Notes under the pieces: generated by a model | Database searches by the model: none | Told to the model about the DNA's origin: nothing | What the model saw: only the letters and a program-made list of their open reading frames with translations | Position numbers and translations under genes: made by a program | Shown here: positions 1 to 12,745 of the stretch, in pieces | Layout of the letters: the number at the start of each line of letters is the position of its first letter | Position numbering within the stretch: position 1 is the first letter of the stretch | NCBI RefSeq assembly: GCF_006345805.1 | Contig: NC_042999.1 | Location: 74,896,001 to 74,960,000 of the forward strand | DNA from: Octopus sinensis | Lineage: Eukaryota | DNA: 64,000 bases | Reading direction: 5' to 3'

Positions 1-2
1 AC

Positions 3-287
3 TCACCAGACCTCTCGCCTACTGACTACCACTTTTTCAAGCATCTCGACAACTTCCTGCGTGAGAAATGCTTCAAAAATCAAGGCGATGCCAAACACGC
101 CTTCAACGACTTCACCACCACCAGAACGAAGGATTTTTATGCTACTGGCCTGAATAAACTTGTTTCGTGTTGGCAAAAGTCTGTTGATTCTGATGGTGTT
201 TATTTCGATTAATAAAGTTTTGTTTGATCCAAGACATGTGCATCTGAATTTAAAGGTTAAAACCGCAAGAACTTTCTTGACAACCAA
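3..287 (+). mobile_element. mariner DNA transposon, 3' end (transposase C-terminus plus right TIR), Hsmar1/cecropia-like
   Basis: Frame 3..212 reads SPDLSPTDYHFFKHLDNFLREKCF...WQKSVDSDGVYFD*, containing the (Y)SPDL(A/S)P(S/T)D mariner motif. The TIR-like end ACCGCAAGAACTTTCTTGACAACCAA is followed by TA. Confidence 0.9.
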
Positions 288-347
288 TATATATATATAT
301 ATGGTTTGTAATTGGATAGAATTTTCTTTTAATATATGTTTATAAAA

Positions 348-729
348 CGGCGAGCTGGCAGAAACGTTAGCACGCCGGGCGAAATGCTTAACAGTATTTC
401 GTATGCTGAGTTTAAATTCCGCCGAGGCCGACTTTGCCTTTCATCCTTTCGGGGTCGATTAAATAAGTACCAGTTATGCACTGGGGTCGATATAATCGAC
501 TTAATCAGTGTGTCTGTCCTTGTTTGTCCCCTCTGTGTTTAGCCCCTTGTGGGTAGTAAAGAAATAGGTATTTCGTCTGTCTTTACGTTCAGAGTTCAAA
601 TACCACCGAAATCGACTTTGCCTTTCATCCTTTCGGAGTTGATAAATTAAGTACCAGTCAAAGACTGGGGTCGATCTAATCGACTGGCCCCCTCCCCCAA
701 AATTTCGGGCCTTGTGTAGATTAGAAAAG
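348..729 (+). mobile_element. tRNA-derived SINE family A, tandem dimer (full unit 348-567 plus partial unit 568-729)
   Basis: A-box-like TGGCAGAAACGTTAG and B-box-like GAGTTTAAATTCC / GAGTTCAAATACC. The core GCCTTTCATCCTTTCGG..GATAAATTAAGTACCAG is repeated and recurs many times in the window. Confidence 0.8.
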
Positions 730-2221
730 AATATATATGTATTGCGTTAGATCTATAGAGTTATATCCATGTATTGCGTTATATCCATAGACTTCATACC
801 AACCTTTTCAGTACCAAGGGTGAGAATGGAATCGATTGGTTTTCTTGTTATTTAACTGTTCATCACGATTCACTTGACTCTTCTTTCAAAGTTGATGGGT
901 TATTGCAGCAAATGACTGCTTATTAATGGTTACACAATATTGTTCCGTTTTCAAAATTGTCGACGGGCCACTAATAATTGCTGGTCGTACGACTTGAGTT
1001 AAATAACAAAACTCATATACGTATATGTGTGTGTGTATAGATGTGCGTGTGTGTGTATAGATGTGTGTGTGTGCCTGCGTATGTGTGTGTTCCTTATACA
1101 TCCAAGACAACTAAGTAGGTGACCAACACATTCTTCTTATGATTGTTGCCTCACATATCTCAGCTAACCAAAACAATAATCACAAACCCAGGTTGTTCCC
1201 ATAGAGCTGTACGACTGCAGTGCAAGCGAAGAAGACGGTATACCAGCCCTTGAAAAAAGTTATCTATCTCGATATACAGGGCAGTTTATATTGGTTATCA
1301 TAATTTATAAAAGGCTACTATCTCGCATGTCGATTTCCTCCAAATCCAGTCGCTTCTTGTCGTCCCTTGCTAAAAGTATCTCTAACAATTTTCTGGAAAC
1401 ATCAACCCAGCATTCTTCCACGATGTCACCCCATAAGTAAGTTATCCACATTTTGTTCTTATTTTGCATTTTGTTTTACCTTGCACACACTCAAATAAGC
1501 TTCTATCAGATTTTCTTCTCTCCACCGTTTCATCACTTTTACGCATTTGTCGCAAGTGTGAAAACACATCCAGCCAGTCACATGTAATGAACAATGCGTC
1601 TAGTCCGACAATGCCTTTAATTCGCAAATACACCGTCCCAGAACTAGTTCCTATCTTCAACAGATTCTTCAATATTTCACTCTCATCTTGACAAGACTTT
1701 GTGAGGCCTGCAATGGTCATTCGCACAATCACACCGCTTGAATATCGTCATGATTATAGTTTTTTTGCAATATTTACCTGTTTTAGTATTTATTATTTTA
1801 GCTGCTAAGATATGCAAATGTCTCCTTAGATTCTATTTACATAAACAAGAATTCTGGCTTGCCCTCCACTTCTTGTTGCTTATATTTACTGATTTATTGC
1901 TCAAGTTAAAAAGCTTACTACAAAATGTTGTTTCTATATTAATCACTGAATCTCTAATGCAATATATTCATTTCGATTAAGCAATTTTATTGTACAGAAA
2001 TTACGCAGTCTTGTTCTTTCAAAGAAGCTTCAGTTCAGAGAGACTGTTTTCCTGTAACCATATATTGTTTCGTATGTGAACAGGATATACATATTCTCGT
2101 CACGAACTTCATGGTTGAATGACTTAAATCACAAGTATACTTATTTATGTTATTCAGTTAAATACATAAATAGACGCAGGAGTGTTTGTGTGGTAAATAG
2201 CTTGATTACCAAGCTATTTAT

Positions 2222-2320
2222 ACTGCGTGACACCTTGGGCAAATATCTTCTACTACAGCCTCGGGCCGACCAAAGTCTTGTGAGAGGATTTGGTGGGCGG
2301 GAACTGAAAGAATCTCGTCG

Positions 2321-2391
<71 letters not shown>

Positions 2392-2500
2392 ATGTCTGTG
2401 TGTCTGTGTTTATCCTCCCATCATCGCTCTTGACAAGCGATGTCGGTGTGTTTGTGTCCCCATAACATTAGAGGTTCGGCAAAACAGACCGATAAAGGCG
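2222..2500 (+). mobile_element. SINE family B (CORE-like) fragment with internal (TA)n
   Basis: GACACCTTGGGCAAATATCTTCTACTACAGCCTCGGGCCGACCAAAG, then (TA)n at ~2321-2385, then a 3' module. Homologous to 59340-59715. Confidence 0.7.
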
Positions 2501-2576
2501 TCTTTATGTTTTGAGTTCAAATGCTGTCGAAGTCGACTGCCTTTCATCCTTTCAGGATCGATAAAATATGTACCAG

Positions 2577-3306
2577 GGATCTTTTCTCTTTGGCTGCCAC
2601 TTTTCAGTTCCTTCAATTTTTATTTCAATTGATTTCATATTTGGTGAATTCGTGTAGTTTGTAAGCTCTTTATTGACAGGAAATTCATTTTCGCCATAAA
2701 TCAATAAATAATGGGTTAATAGCTTTTAAAGTTTGCAAAGTTTGAGTACTTTTCGCCAGTTCAAACCCATAGACATATAGGTGCCTGTTTCCATAGTAAC
2801 AACCTAAGCTGTTACCAAGCTGCTTACCCACGTGGTAATTTTTTGCTTATTAAATGCTTAAAATACATGAGGTATGAGTGGTCATAAAAATAATAGCAAA
2901 ATAGTTCTTAAATCACGCATCAATTTTTTTTTTGTTTTGTTTTAGCATAATCGTATATATTCTCGCGTGTAGAATACAAATCCGCAACAATTTTCTGAAC
3001 ATTTCCTCAAAATAAAAAAGTTATGAGGGGTTATATGACGTACATGAAGTAGAATTCCGCCAATATTCTATTTGTTTACAGTTGACAACGTGCTATCATG
3101 CACAAAATGATGGCTTCCAAATCCTGTTTTCTGACTGGGTAAAAATGACCAAACTTTCAATCTCTGTAACATTTGTGGAAAATTTTCTGGAAAAAAGTGA
3201 ATTAGCCTATGAGGTTCAGAGGGGAAAATTACATCAATACACCAAATTTTAAAACTTTCACTAAACTCTAAAATTTCCACAGGTGCAGACAAACAAAAAA
3301 ACTTCC
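2577..3306. mobile_element. Merlin-type non-autonomous DNA transposon inserted in a family-A SINE
   Basis: Left TIR GGATCTTTTCTCTTTGGCTGC and degenerate right TIR GCAGACAAACAAAAAAACTTCC. The 8-bp flanks TGTACCAG / TGTACTAG match at 7/8. The interior is homologous to 32883-33757. Confidence 0.8.
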
Positions 3307-3839
3307 TGTACTAGTTGAAAACTGGTAATTGTAGGCTTGTGCCAAAATTTGAAACTATTCATTTACACACACATACATAATAAACTTTGCATCGAAGTCC
3401 GTCACCTCGGCATAAGAGAATTATTACTCTTCCATAAAAATGAAAACTATCCCTTAAAACTTTTACCATTCTGAGCAATCTGGTACAAAACTGGTTACTT
3501 TCAAATCTGAGGATGCACCTATTTTGTGGAGGTTTGTAGTCGTAATCGAGAACAGAAAATCAACCAACATCAAGCAAGTGGATTTACTACCTCAAATACC
3601 ATGGCTGGATAGGGTACAGGATTAAGCTATTGTAGGCCGCGAAACTATAGGGAGAAATACCAGTGGTCCTTCGAGTTGAACCACCACCTCTCTGAACTGT
3701 GCAAAAGGCTCGAGGAGATGATTCAGTTGGCTAAGCGAAAAGAATGCGACTACAAGTCAACTCCACCGAGAAAAAAAAATTCCCTTTTCTCCCTACTGAG
3801 CATCTGAATGGCACAGTAAAAATATAGCAAGAGCCGGTA

Positions 3840-4620
3840 AAGAGCCTCCATCTCACCGCTTTATATAAATCCTGCCGATGTCGCTGTTGTTGTGGTAGTT
3901 ACAAGTTATTAATATTTTTCTAGTTGTGGTGTGAAGGTTGCAGATTTCTTCGAGGTATGGTCTTGTTGGATGCAGATAGCTCTGACTTCCACACTTTTGT
4001 CGCTCTAGCTTTGCTTTCATCTCCAATGTATGCGACATTCTCATTAATTCCGAAATATTTGTAACATTCGTCATTGGAGATACGGGAAATAGTCAGGACA
4101 TTGGTGTTCATATTCTCTGCTAGATCGATAATTTTTCTTTGTTTGATTAACAAATATGAACACTTATCCTGACCGAATTCCGTTCTTATATTTCATAAGA
4201 CGTTGTGATCAGCTCTGCCTGTCACCTACTTCAGTACAGCCGGACCTCGTCATCTAAAAAAAAAGTGGACAACATTAATTTCTCTGTCCTCTGCAGATCT
4301 CACCTAGTAGCCTTTGCATTTCCGTAATAGAACTCACAAAAGGTTCACTTCCAGGATGAAAGGCATTACAGATAAGCTGCAATATTCCAGTTGACATTCT
4401 AATTTTATTACTGACTATTGCAACAGCTGTTCTTTTTATCAGCTCTATGGACCATGCTGTTATCAGTCTCATAATGGCATTAACTGTAATGGTTGGGACC
4501 TTGGTAAGGCGTAATGACTGGAACGGGGGACAGAAACAAACGCTTTCGTATTATCTTCTTGCAGCTATGCATTCAACAGATTTCGGTTGTGCCGTTTCTT
4601 TCCTTGAGGACAGCTTAGTT
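3840..4620 (-). mobile_element. Dong/R4-clade LINE, decayed RT fragment
   Basis: Minus-strand peptides KAFVSVPRS, EFGQDKCSYLLIKQRK and CYKYFGINENVAYIG...KVWKSELSASNK, with many stops and frameshifts. Confidence 0.7.
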
Positions 4621-5064
4621 GATAGGGTCTGTTCGGCACAGTAGCAAACACCTTTCTTTTCCTTCTTCCTATTCAGCAGTGGACTTGGAGGAAAACATTT
4701 AAGTAACCTGGGTACAATTTATAGTTGATATTCAGGCATGTAGTCTCTGGCCAAGTGTATTTCCTGGTACATGCAACCATCAGCCAGCTTAGACAACACC
4801 TAGAGAACATCAAAGAGAGAAATAAGTAATTCAGGAGTGTAATCGAAAGCAAATGTGCTAACATTTTGAGAGTAGGTGAAAAACTCTGAGTGTAGTTATT
4901 CCGTTGTGGATCTAAAGTCGCTGGGTGGACTCACTTAAGCAGAGACTTGGAGGAGAAATACTCATCATGCCAACAAAAAGTGGTGCCTGTTTTCATATCC
5001 CGCAAACTATATTAATGCCAACAACATGGACAGGTATAGAAAATTCTCCAGAAGTAAATAAGTA

Positions 5065-6266
5065 TTGGGTTGTCCGGAAAGTTCATGCCAATTTTTAAAG
5101 GAAAGAAAAAAGGTTAATAAATACTTGCCATTACATTTTTAATCAACTAAATATGAACCATTTTGTTGCACAATGCGTCTCCATCTTTCCTTTAACTTGA
5201 AAATACCCTCTTCCCAGAACTGAGGTGGTTTCATCGCAAAAAATTCATCAAGGTATCTTTTTACGTCATCCAAGTAATTGAAATTTTTACCATTAAGACT
5301 ATTCTGCAGAGACCTGAATAAGTGGAAATCCGAAGGTGAATATGGATGGTAGAGTAACATATCTCAGCCGAGCTGCAGCAATTTTTGTCTGGTTCCCAAA
5401 GAAACGTGCGGTCTTGCTTTATCATGTTGGAAAACAACACCCTTCCTGTTGGCCAATTCTGGACGTTTCTCTTGAATTGCTACTTTTAACTCGTCCAGTT
5501 GTGTGCAGTATTTCTCAGAATTAATTGTCTGGTTACTTGGGAGAAGCTCATAGTACAGAATTCCTTTCCAATCCCACCAGACACAAAGCTAGACTTTTTT
5601 AGGGTGAAGACCCGCTTTTGGGGTGGCTAAGGGTGGGTCATGTCGCTTACTCCAGGATCGCTTTCTCTGAACATTTCGGTAGATAAACCATTTCTCATCA
5701 CATGTCAAAATTTGCTTTTAAAAAGGCGCGTTTTCATTCCTTGTATAAAGGGAATCACAGATGGAAATGCGATCTAAAAGGTTCTTCTCACTCAACTCGT
5801 GTGGTACCCAAACATCGTAGTGATTAGTGTACCCAAGCTTTACCAGGTGCCCATGAACGACGGATTTTGATAGGTTGGGGCTGTCTGCTAATTCTTGGGT
5901 TGTGCAATGTGGGTTATTCTCAATTAATGACTTTATTTGGTCCTCATCTTTAGTGGATGGTCTACCTGATCGCTCTTTATCAATCGGGGTACAATCTCCA
6001 GCTCGGAACCTTGCGAACCACTTCCGTACAGTTCTTTCAGATGAAAAAACATCACCGTAAACTGCGCATATTTCTTTGGTTGCTTGTGAGGCATTTTCCC
6101 TTTACGGAAAAAGAAAAGCATCAAGTGCTGAAAATGAACTTTCTGATCTTCCATTTTAAAGGGTTACAGAATTAACACAGGTTATAGGAACATAAACCTT
6201 TTTCCTCGAAAAGATAGCTTAAATTGTGCTCTAAATGGAGGTGCACGAATTTTCCGGACAACCCAA
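5065..6266 (-). mobile_element. full-length defective mariner (~1.2 kb)
   Basis: TIRs TTGGGTTGTCCGGAAAGTTCATGC and GCACGAATTTTCCGGACAACCCAA, with TA on both sides. The frameshifted transposase runs from ATG 6154 (MEDQKVHFQHLMLFFFRKG) to HPYSPSDFHLFRSLQNSLNG...GSYLVD* at 5139. Confidence 0.95.
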
Positions 6267-6299
6267 TATATCACATCACACTTAGAAGGCTAACCTTTT

Positions 6300-6960
6300 A
6301 TCATCCAGGAACAGAAGATTGCTATTAAATACCTGATGAACAAGAGATAGAAATACCTGTAGACCTCCACACTGCAACAGAAAATGCTATACCAGTGTAG
6401 AGGATATTACTCACTTTATCAGCTACTGCCTCAAAATGTCTGCTAGATATTACCTCACCATGAGATATGGTATTGTCACAAAGGCAGTTTACAATGTCAT
6501 ACGAAAGGACAGCCCTAACAGTCATATTTAAGTCACATTAGAACTGGAATGCGCTCACACCTATAAAACAATAAATATTAGTGGATCATCCCGATAAGAA
6601 CAGCTATTAGTGTAAGCACAACAGGCCAGACATTGTCCTTATGGCAAAAGAGCGCAAACGACATGCACTACAGTAAAGATTGGTTGCCCAACTGATTCGA
6701 ATGTTGCATCAAAAGCTGTAGAAAAGAGAACATTTAAGGAGAACTAATAAGAAACTCGTAACTCTTATATCCCAATTATAGATTCTAGTACGTACCCATT
6801 ATCAAAGGTGCGGGCTACATAGCAACGGAGCTATGAAAAAACCTAGAAAAACTAAGATTTTTCATAAAAGAACAAATGAAACTAATCCATGTTCTTCAAG
6901 TAGAATCAATTAGTGGTATCGTTAATGGCTATGAAACATTCCAAGGGTTATTCCTGTGAG
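6300..6960 (+). mobile_element. Dong/R4-clade LINE, decayed C-terminus (CCHC plus restriction-like endonuclease)
   Basis: Peptide pieces IQEQKIAIKYLM, EDITHFISYCLKMSARYYL, HNRPDIVL and VPIIKGAGYI. Confidence 0.7.
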
Positions 6961-7299
6961 TTTCCCAATTTGAATAAATGATAAACATGTAAAATGCTTC
7001 AAGGACACTCCATGTAAATTCCCTGTGTCAGACATATGCACATATCCACATATGCATGTGGAATGCATAAACAGACAGACATATAAAAGTGAGGCACAAA
7101 CACTTGTCTACTAAAGGGAAACTCATATCCACCTCACAAAAAACAAGTTATTCATGAGCACAATCATGCATAGATACAAATATCACCCGATTCAGACGAC
7201 CTCACATACCCAACACCTGACTTAACTGCAACAAAAGAGTCTTGTAACTTATTTAGTTGCTAGCTTGAATTCTCACAATGAAAAAATAATTCCTAAATA

Positions 7300-7620
7300 A
7301 AACGCAATCATCATTTCAAATTCAAAACCTGTGCATCAACGGTCCCCCTATCTTTCCCGTTCCACACAAAAATGTTACAAATACCTAGGCATTGATGAAA
7401 ACATAACATGCAAAGGCTCTGAATAAATATGAAGTAACCTGAGAATATTACATGAGACTTAGAAAAACATGGCAGTGAGGACTTTCCTCATATAATAAGG
7501 CAATATTCCACAGTGCATTTTCAGTAAAACTTCTAACATCATTTGGTATACTTGACTGATCTGTAGAGGAAATCCACCCCATAAACAATAAAACTTGCAA
7601 GATCCTGGCATCAACTGGTA
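7300..7620 (+). mobile_element. Dong/R4-clade RT fragment
   Basis: KCYKYLGIDENITCKG and downstream residues are homologous to the 3850-4100 relic. Confidence 0.6.
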
Positions 7621-7623
7621 ATG

Positions 7624-7732
<109 letters not shown>

Positions 7733-9239
7733 GTTGATCAGTAATAATCGAAAGAAGAAGCTTTCATGACAAAGATTCATTATCTTTCTCATTTGATACA
7801 TTTTCACAGAATCTTTTAAAACGTTCCCTACAAATTATCTCGTTTCTTACCTTCAGTTATGATTCCATTCACATCCAGGATACATTATAGTAGAGTGTTT
7901 TAAAGCGGGAAAAGTCTTCCAGAGTGTTATGAGGGTTAAAAAGGGGGAGGCAGGCGAAATCGCGATGTTTAAAAAAAAACAATACTAGCGTTTGAAACAA
8001 TTAAAATTTACTTGGTCACACCATGGCAATGAGGAGTCTTATGGTGTGCTTAAGACGTTTCTCGTGAATGTGAACATGATCAAGCTCTTTTGCTTGAAAT
8101 TCCTCCTTACTACATTGCTTTCTGACTGGGGTTTAACACTCTTACTCCATTGGCATTCTTCTCAAGATTCTTCCTTACATTTTTATGTTACATACTTTTT
8201 GTCAATATATAAAACTTAACTTTTTACTTAAATTTAAACTTTTTTTAAAAATTCAGTATTATATACTTTTAAGTTTTATCTCAATACCAGTAATTTTCTT
8301 GGCTGTAAAAAGCGTCGCCTGTAAAATAAAAGGTAGGCAAGAAGGGAAAATGGCGGCTCGGGAGTGAGACTGTTTTTAATTAACTGAACCTAGGGTAGGA
8401 AGTGGAAGCTTTGAAATATTGCAGCTAAAGTGGGAACTGAAAAAAGCAAAACAAAACAAAACAAACGTCACTTTAAGTTTTATTCAAATGTAAAAGTATA
8501 CTCCCTCTGGATTCTAACTTTCTCAGCAAAGAATATTCTTGGAACTTCCTACATTTACTCCCTGTAATGTAAAGTATGGTGGATGATGAAGCTGGGACTG
8601 AAGCACTTGTAGTTTGTGATGTAGTCTGTCTTTCAAAATTTAACAACGCTCAGCTACCTTCCTCTCATGATTTTCCAACTTAGTTGAGCTGATATTTAGG
8701 CACACAAAAATATTAGTTCATCCCGTGGGGTGAGTAGAGAGACTAAGGAGAGCTTTAACTTATATAGTAACAGTCAAATAGGTAGTAACATCCTCTCAGC
8801 TCACAATTGATGGGAAATAAATAGTATAGAAATTTTAGTGAGATTTAGCTTTCTTAGTTAGAAAATAAAATGGAACTTTATCCTCACTTGGAAACAAAGG
8901 ATTCGGAATCTTTGACCCTGAAGCTCTAGAAATCCAACACTTGATACTCAGAAAGTCCCACTCCCCAACACTCATACTTACATATTATATAAATGGGAGT
9001 GCATATGTATGTGTATGTGTACATGCTTTGTATGTATATATCTATATATCCACATATGGTTTTTCCTTGAGTTTAATTTAAGTTCTTTTTGAGAGAGTTC
9101 AAGCTGGTTGCTAACAAAGTGACAAGACTTTTAAGTTCCTAGAGTTTGTAAATGTGTGGTTGAGTTAGTATGTTGGTAGAACTGTCGATGCGTACCCCAA
9201 AATTGTAAGCATCTATCCACGTGTATATTTGTATTTATT

Positions 9240-9242
<3 letters not shown>

Positions 9243-9279
<37 letters not shown>

Positions 9280-9298
9280 ACACACACACACACACACA
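9243..9298. repeat. (AC)n microsatellite
   Basis: Direct reading. Confidence 0.97.
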
Positions 9299-9304
9299 TT
9301 TATA

Positions 9305-9460
9305 TGTAATCTTTTATCCTTTACTTGTTTCAGTCTTTGGATTGCGCCATACTAGGGCTGGGACACGGCCTTAAGGGATTAGTCGAACAAATCGATCTAA
9401 GTGCTTATTTTTTAAATCTTGGTACTCTATAAATCCTGGTATTCTATCGGATTCTTTTGT
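9305..9460 (-). mobile_element. SINE family B 3' module
   Basis: The reverse complement resembles the CGATTTGTTC(G)ACTAA...GACTGAAACAAGTAAA tail seen at 59650-59715 and 48060-48125. Confidence 0.55.
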
Positions 9461-12190
9461 TAAACTCTGAAACAAAGCTAGAAATGATACATAGGGTTAA
9501 ATTCCGTAATATAGAACTATATTTCAATTTTAAAAAGATCAAAACACAAGAGTTGATTATCTAAAGGAATCATCCACATGAAAATGAATAATGAATCATG
9601 TAGAGGTAGCCAAATTTAATTTGAAGCATACAAAATCTCATTAGAACTATCAACATGGGGAAGAGAGTACAAAAATAGCTCAATGTTTTTATTATTTCAA
9701 GAAAGTGAAACAAAACTGAACTTGTTTCAGTCATATTAGACCTTTATAATAAGGCATTGACTTCCACTATTTACTAATTTGGACCTTTTCACTCGAAGCA
9801 AATAAAAATGCTCTTGGAACAAATTAAAATACTCTCGAAGCAAACTACAATAGTTTCGAAGTAGAGTAAAATTATATCAAAATAAATTAAAATATAGCAA
9901 ATCCAATATTTTTCCTAATTAAATCATATCATCAAAAATATTCCTTATACTTTTATCTAAAAAGTCATGATTTACAGTTCAATGTTGACTAGCAGCATAT
10001 CTTGAACAAGTATCAAAATAACCTTCATAACTTTATGGGAATCATCTGATTGGAAATACAAAACTGTTATTCTGACTTGCTTCAATGAAATCATTTTTTC
10101 ATCAAAATGACTTGCTTGCAGTTTGTTGGAACAAGATTAATTCAAACATTCAATGCAAATGTTTGCAAAGATTTTCCAAAGCGTGAGCATTCGTTTAGCG
10201 TCTCAACATTTGACTCAATATGTCCATATTCTTTCTATCTTTTTGCTTTGTCGTGGACACCTCCCGATACACATGTGAAGCGCGATCTTTGCATACTTAA
10301 TGATATAATTACTTCTTAGTATCATATATTGCGGCAATTGTTCCAAATGCTCGCTTGCGGCAGAGAGTATACCCATACGCATTTCAAGAAAAGAATTCTT
10401 GCGTAATCCCCACTTGTTTCTCAGTTTGACAAATCTTTAAACGCCAACACTTATAGCTAAAAGTCCATATCATACTGAGTGTCATCATCCGTAAGAAAAT
10501 CCACAATTATAAGCCTAAAATCAGACTAAATAAATTCACATTTAAAGCAGAGCAGCGTAAGTTCAAGCACTTCAAAATATACATAGATACCATGTTTTTT
10601 CTGTATTTGCTTCAACGTTTATTTTAACGTTTCAATGTTATTTTATGTGGGAGTCAGCTTAAATTTTAAAAAATTCTAATTAGAATTAGTAGTGACGAAA
10701 AACACTTGCCCAATGACTAATATTATTTTTAATTATTTGATCAAGCATTGGAGATAGCTCAATACATTTCTGTACTACTAAACATCCTTAGGGAATCATT
10801 GACATCACCGAGCAAAGTTGTCTCCTGTACATGCCAAAATGATTAAAATAATATTAATAATCGAGAATATTATTTTTTTTCTACCCGTATTCGTGTTTCT
10901 AATTCAAGTTTTGATTGAATATATTTTGCTTTAAATTTATTCGTCCTTACTTAACCCCTTTATTTTAGAGGTTACCTCTTATCCCACCTTTTACTTGTGT
11001 GTTGTCAATAAATTATATACGTATGTGTGTATGCGTGTGCGGTGCAAGTTGCAAATATGTATCTAGTTTCTTCACAAAATGAGTGCATTGTAAGTATTCT
11101 TCTCTTTTATTGTAATCTAATCTTATGTATTTACTGCTTAAAATTTGAAATAAAACACTGTATACTATTATGGGTGACACATATATAAGAAATGAATCAC
11201 TTTGAAAGAATTGTCAAGGGAGGAAGAGAGGGGGGAAAGGGAGAGAAAATGAGAAAGGTGGGGAATAAAAAAAATTTTATTATTTTTCTTTCAACTAATG
11301 CTGCCCAACTTGCATCGAAGGTTTGACTATCCCATTCTTTATTCACATAATATACTCAAGGCTACATTAGCTAATATCTATTTTTAAAAATATTTTGCCT
11401 GACTCGGGGAATGTTAGTTTGCTGATTCTAACGCGTTCAGTGGATCTTACAATCTTTGTTTAACTATATCAGCTAGCAACACATTTTTATATGATTCTAT
11501 CAGCTAAGTTTCACCCGGTCGGTATGGATGATGTGGCCGTAAAACCTGCTCTGTGTAAGCATTTGATTTGTTTGGGCACGCTTACGTTAAATTTTAGAAT
11601 TACTTTTTTCTGTCAAAACGCTAAAAATAACTGACCAAGAAAAAAAACAACCAAGATTCAACCAAATCAAAAAATAAACACAAATACTAAGATGAACCAT
11701 CACACTTCCATTGTGTGTGCACACATACACATAAACCCTCACACACACATTCTCATGTCTTTTACATACACAGACATATTCACACAGAGTCGAAACTGCT
11801 TGGTTTAATTTTTTCAGCGTACAATTTTCATCATCCCACTACCAAGTATGACATCACCCCTTCCTTCTTTATTCATCTATCATCGCTTCTTTTCTCATGC
11901 ATACACACAAGAGTATTATTATAGTAGATTATCTCGGTAACCATGAGAGCTATAAAAAAATACAAAACCCAGTGACACCACCGGATCATTCTACACATCT
12001 GTGTAATTTTTCGCGCAATTCCACCCAACTGTTTGATCGTGAATCTCAAGACAATAAAGAATCGCCCATGTCAAATTTATATATACAGATAAGGTGACTG
12101 TTACTAAAGTGAACATGCAGAAATTCAAGACTAGCAATTTCACCACCAAAGCTGGGTGATCTTTGCTGCTGATATTTTTGTGTGTTTTTA

Positions 12191-12216
12191 CATCATTATC
12201 ATCATCATCATCATCA

Positions 12217-12281
<65 letters not shown>

Positions 12282-12284
12282 TAT
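12191..12284. repeat. (ATC)n(TTA)n compound microsatellite at the 3' end of a Dong/R4 fragment
   Basis: Direct reading. Confidence 0.97.
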
Positions 12285-12745
12285 GGTTTCCTTTCTTTAT
12301 AACTTTATTTCAGCTGCCTTAGTACCGGGCATCCTCCGGAAGCCAAGGGCACTTTGTTTTGGTATGCATGCTAAAATTATCACCACATTTATTCCATTTT
12401 AGATGGAGAGTGCCTTCCGTAGTATATGGGCTGTACCAACCAAGGTTATCTTGTGTAGTCCACGGAGATTGGAATCACCAGGGAATTGCTTAATATACTT
12501 CTCAGCTCTCTTCTTTATCATTCCCAGTGTACCAATGACTGTATTATCGTAGTACTAAGCTTCCACATTTTTGTGATTTCAATTTGCAGATCTTTATAAT
12601 GAGAAAGATTTTGTTTTTCTTTCTTGAGACATTTTGATCTTGTGGGACATGCACATCTATTAACAGATAAGTTCCTCTGTTGTAGTCCTTGATTGCAATC
12701 TCTAGCCGATTGGAATTAGCGCATACCATCAAAGTGACACGGGTA
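12285..12745 (-). mobile_element. Dong/R4 3' end (RLE domain plus 3' UTR)
   Basis: NRLEIAIKDYNRGTYLLIDVHVPQDQNV...VIGTLGMIKK...GTAHILRKALSI*, then a short UTR ending in (TAA)n on the minus strand. Confidence 0.8.

Noticed and set aside
348-430. tRNA genes
   Set aside because: A/B-box segments are SINE heads that continue into SINE cores; no complete cloverleaf.
1200-1740. Possible decayed L1/Tx1 C-terminus on the minus strand (TCDKC..SDETVE..LFEC)
   Set aside because: It needs several frameshifts to assemble and is too weak to call.
10300-10420. Possible hAT dimerisation-domain relic on the minus strand (SAASE..W)
   Set aside because: Only a 5-6-residue resemblance, with no TIRs.
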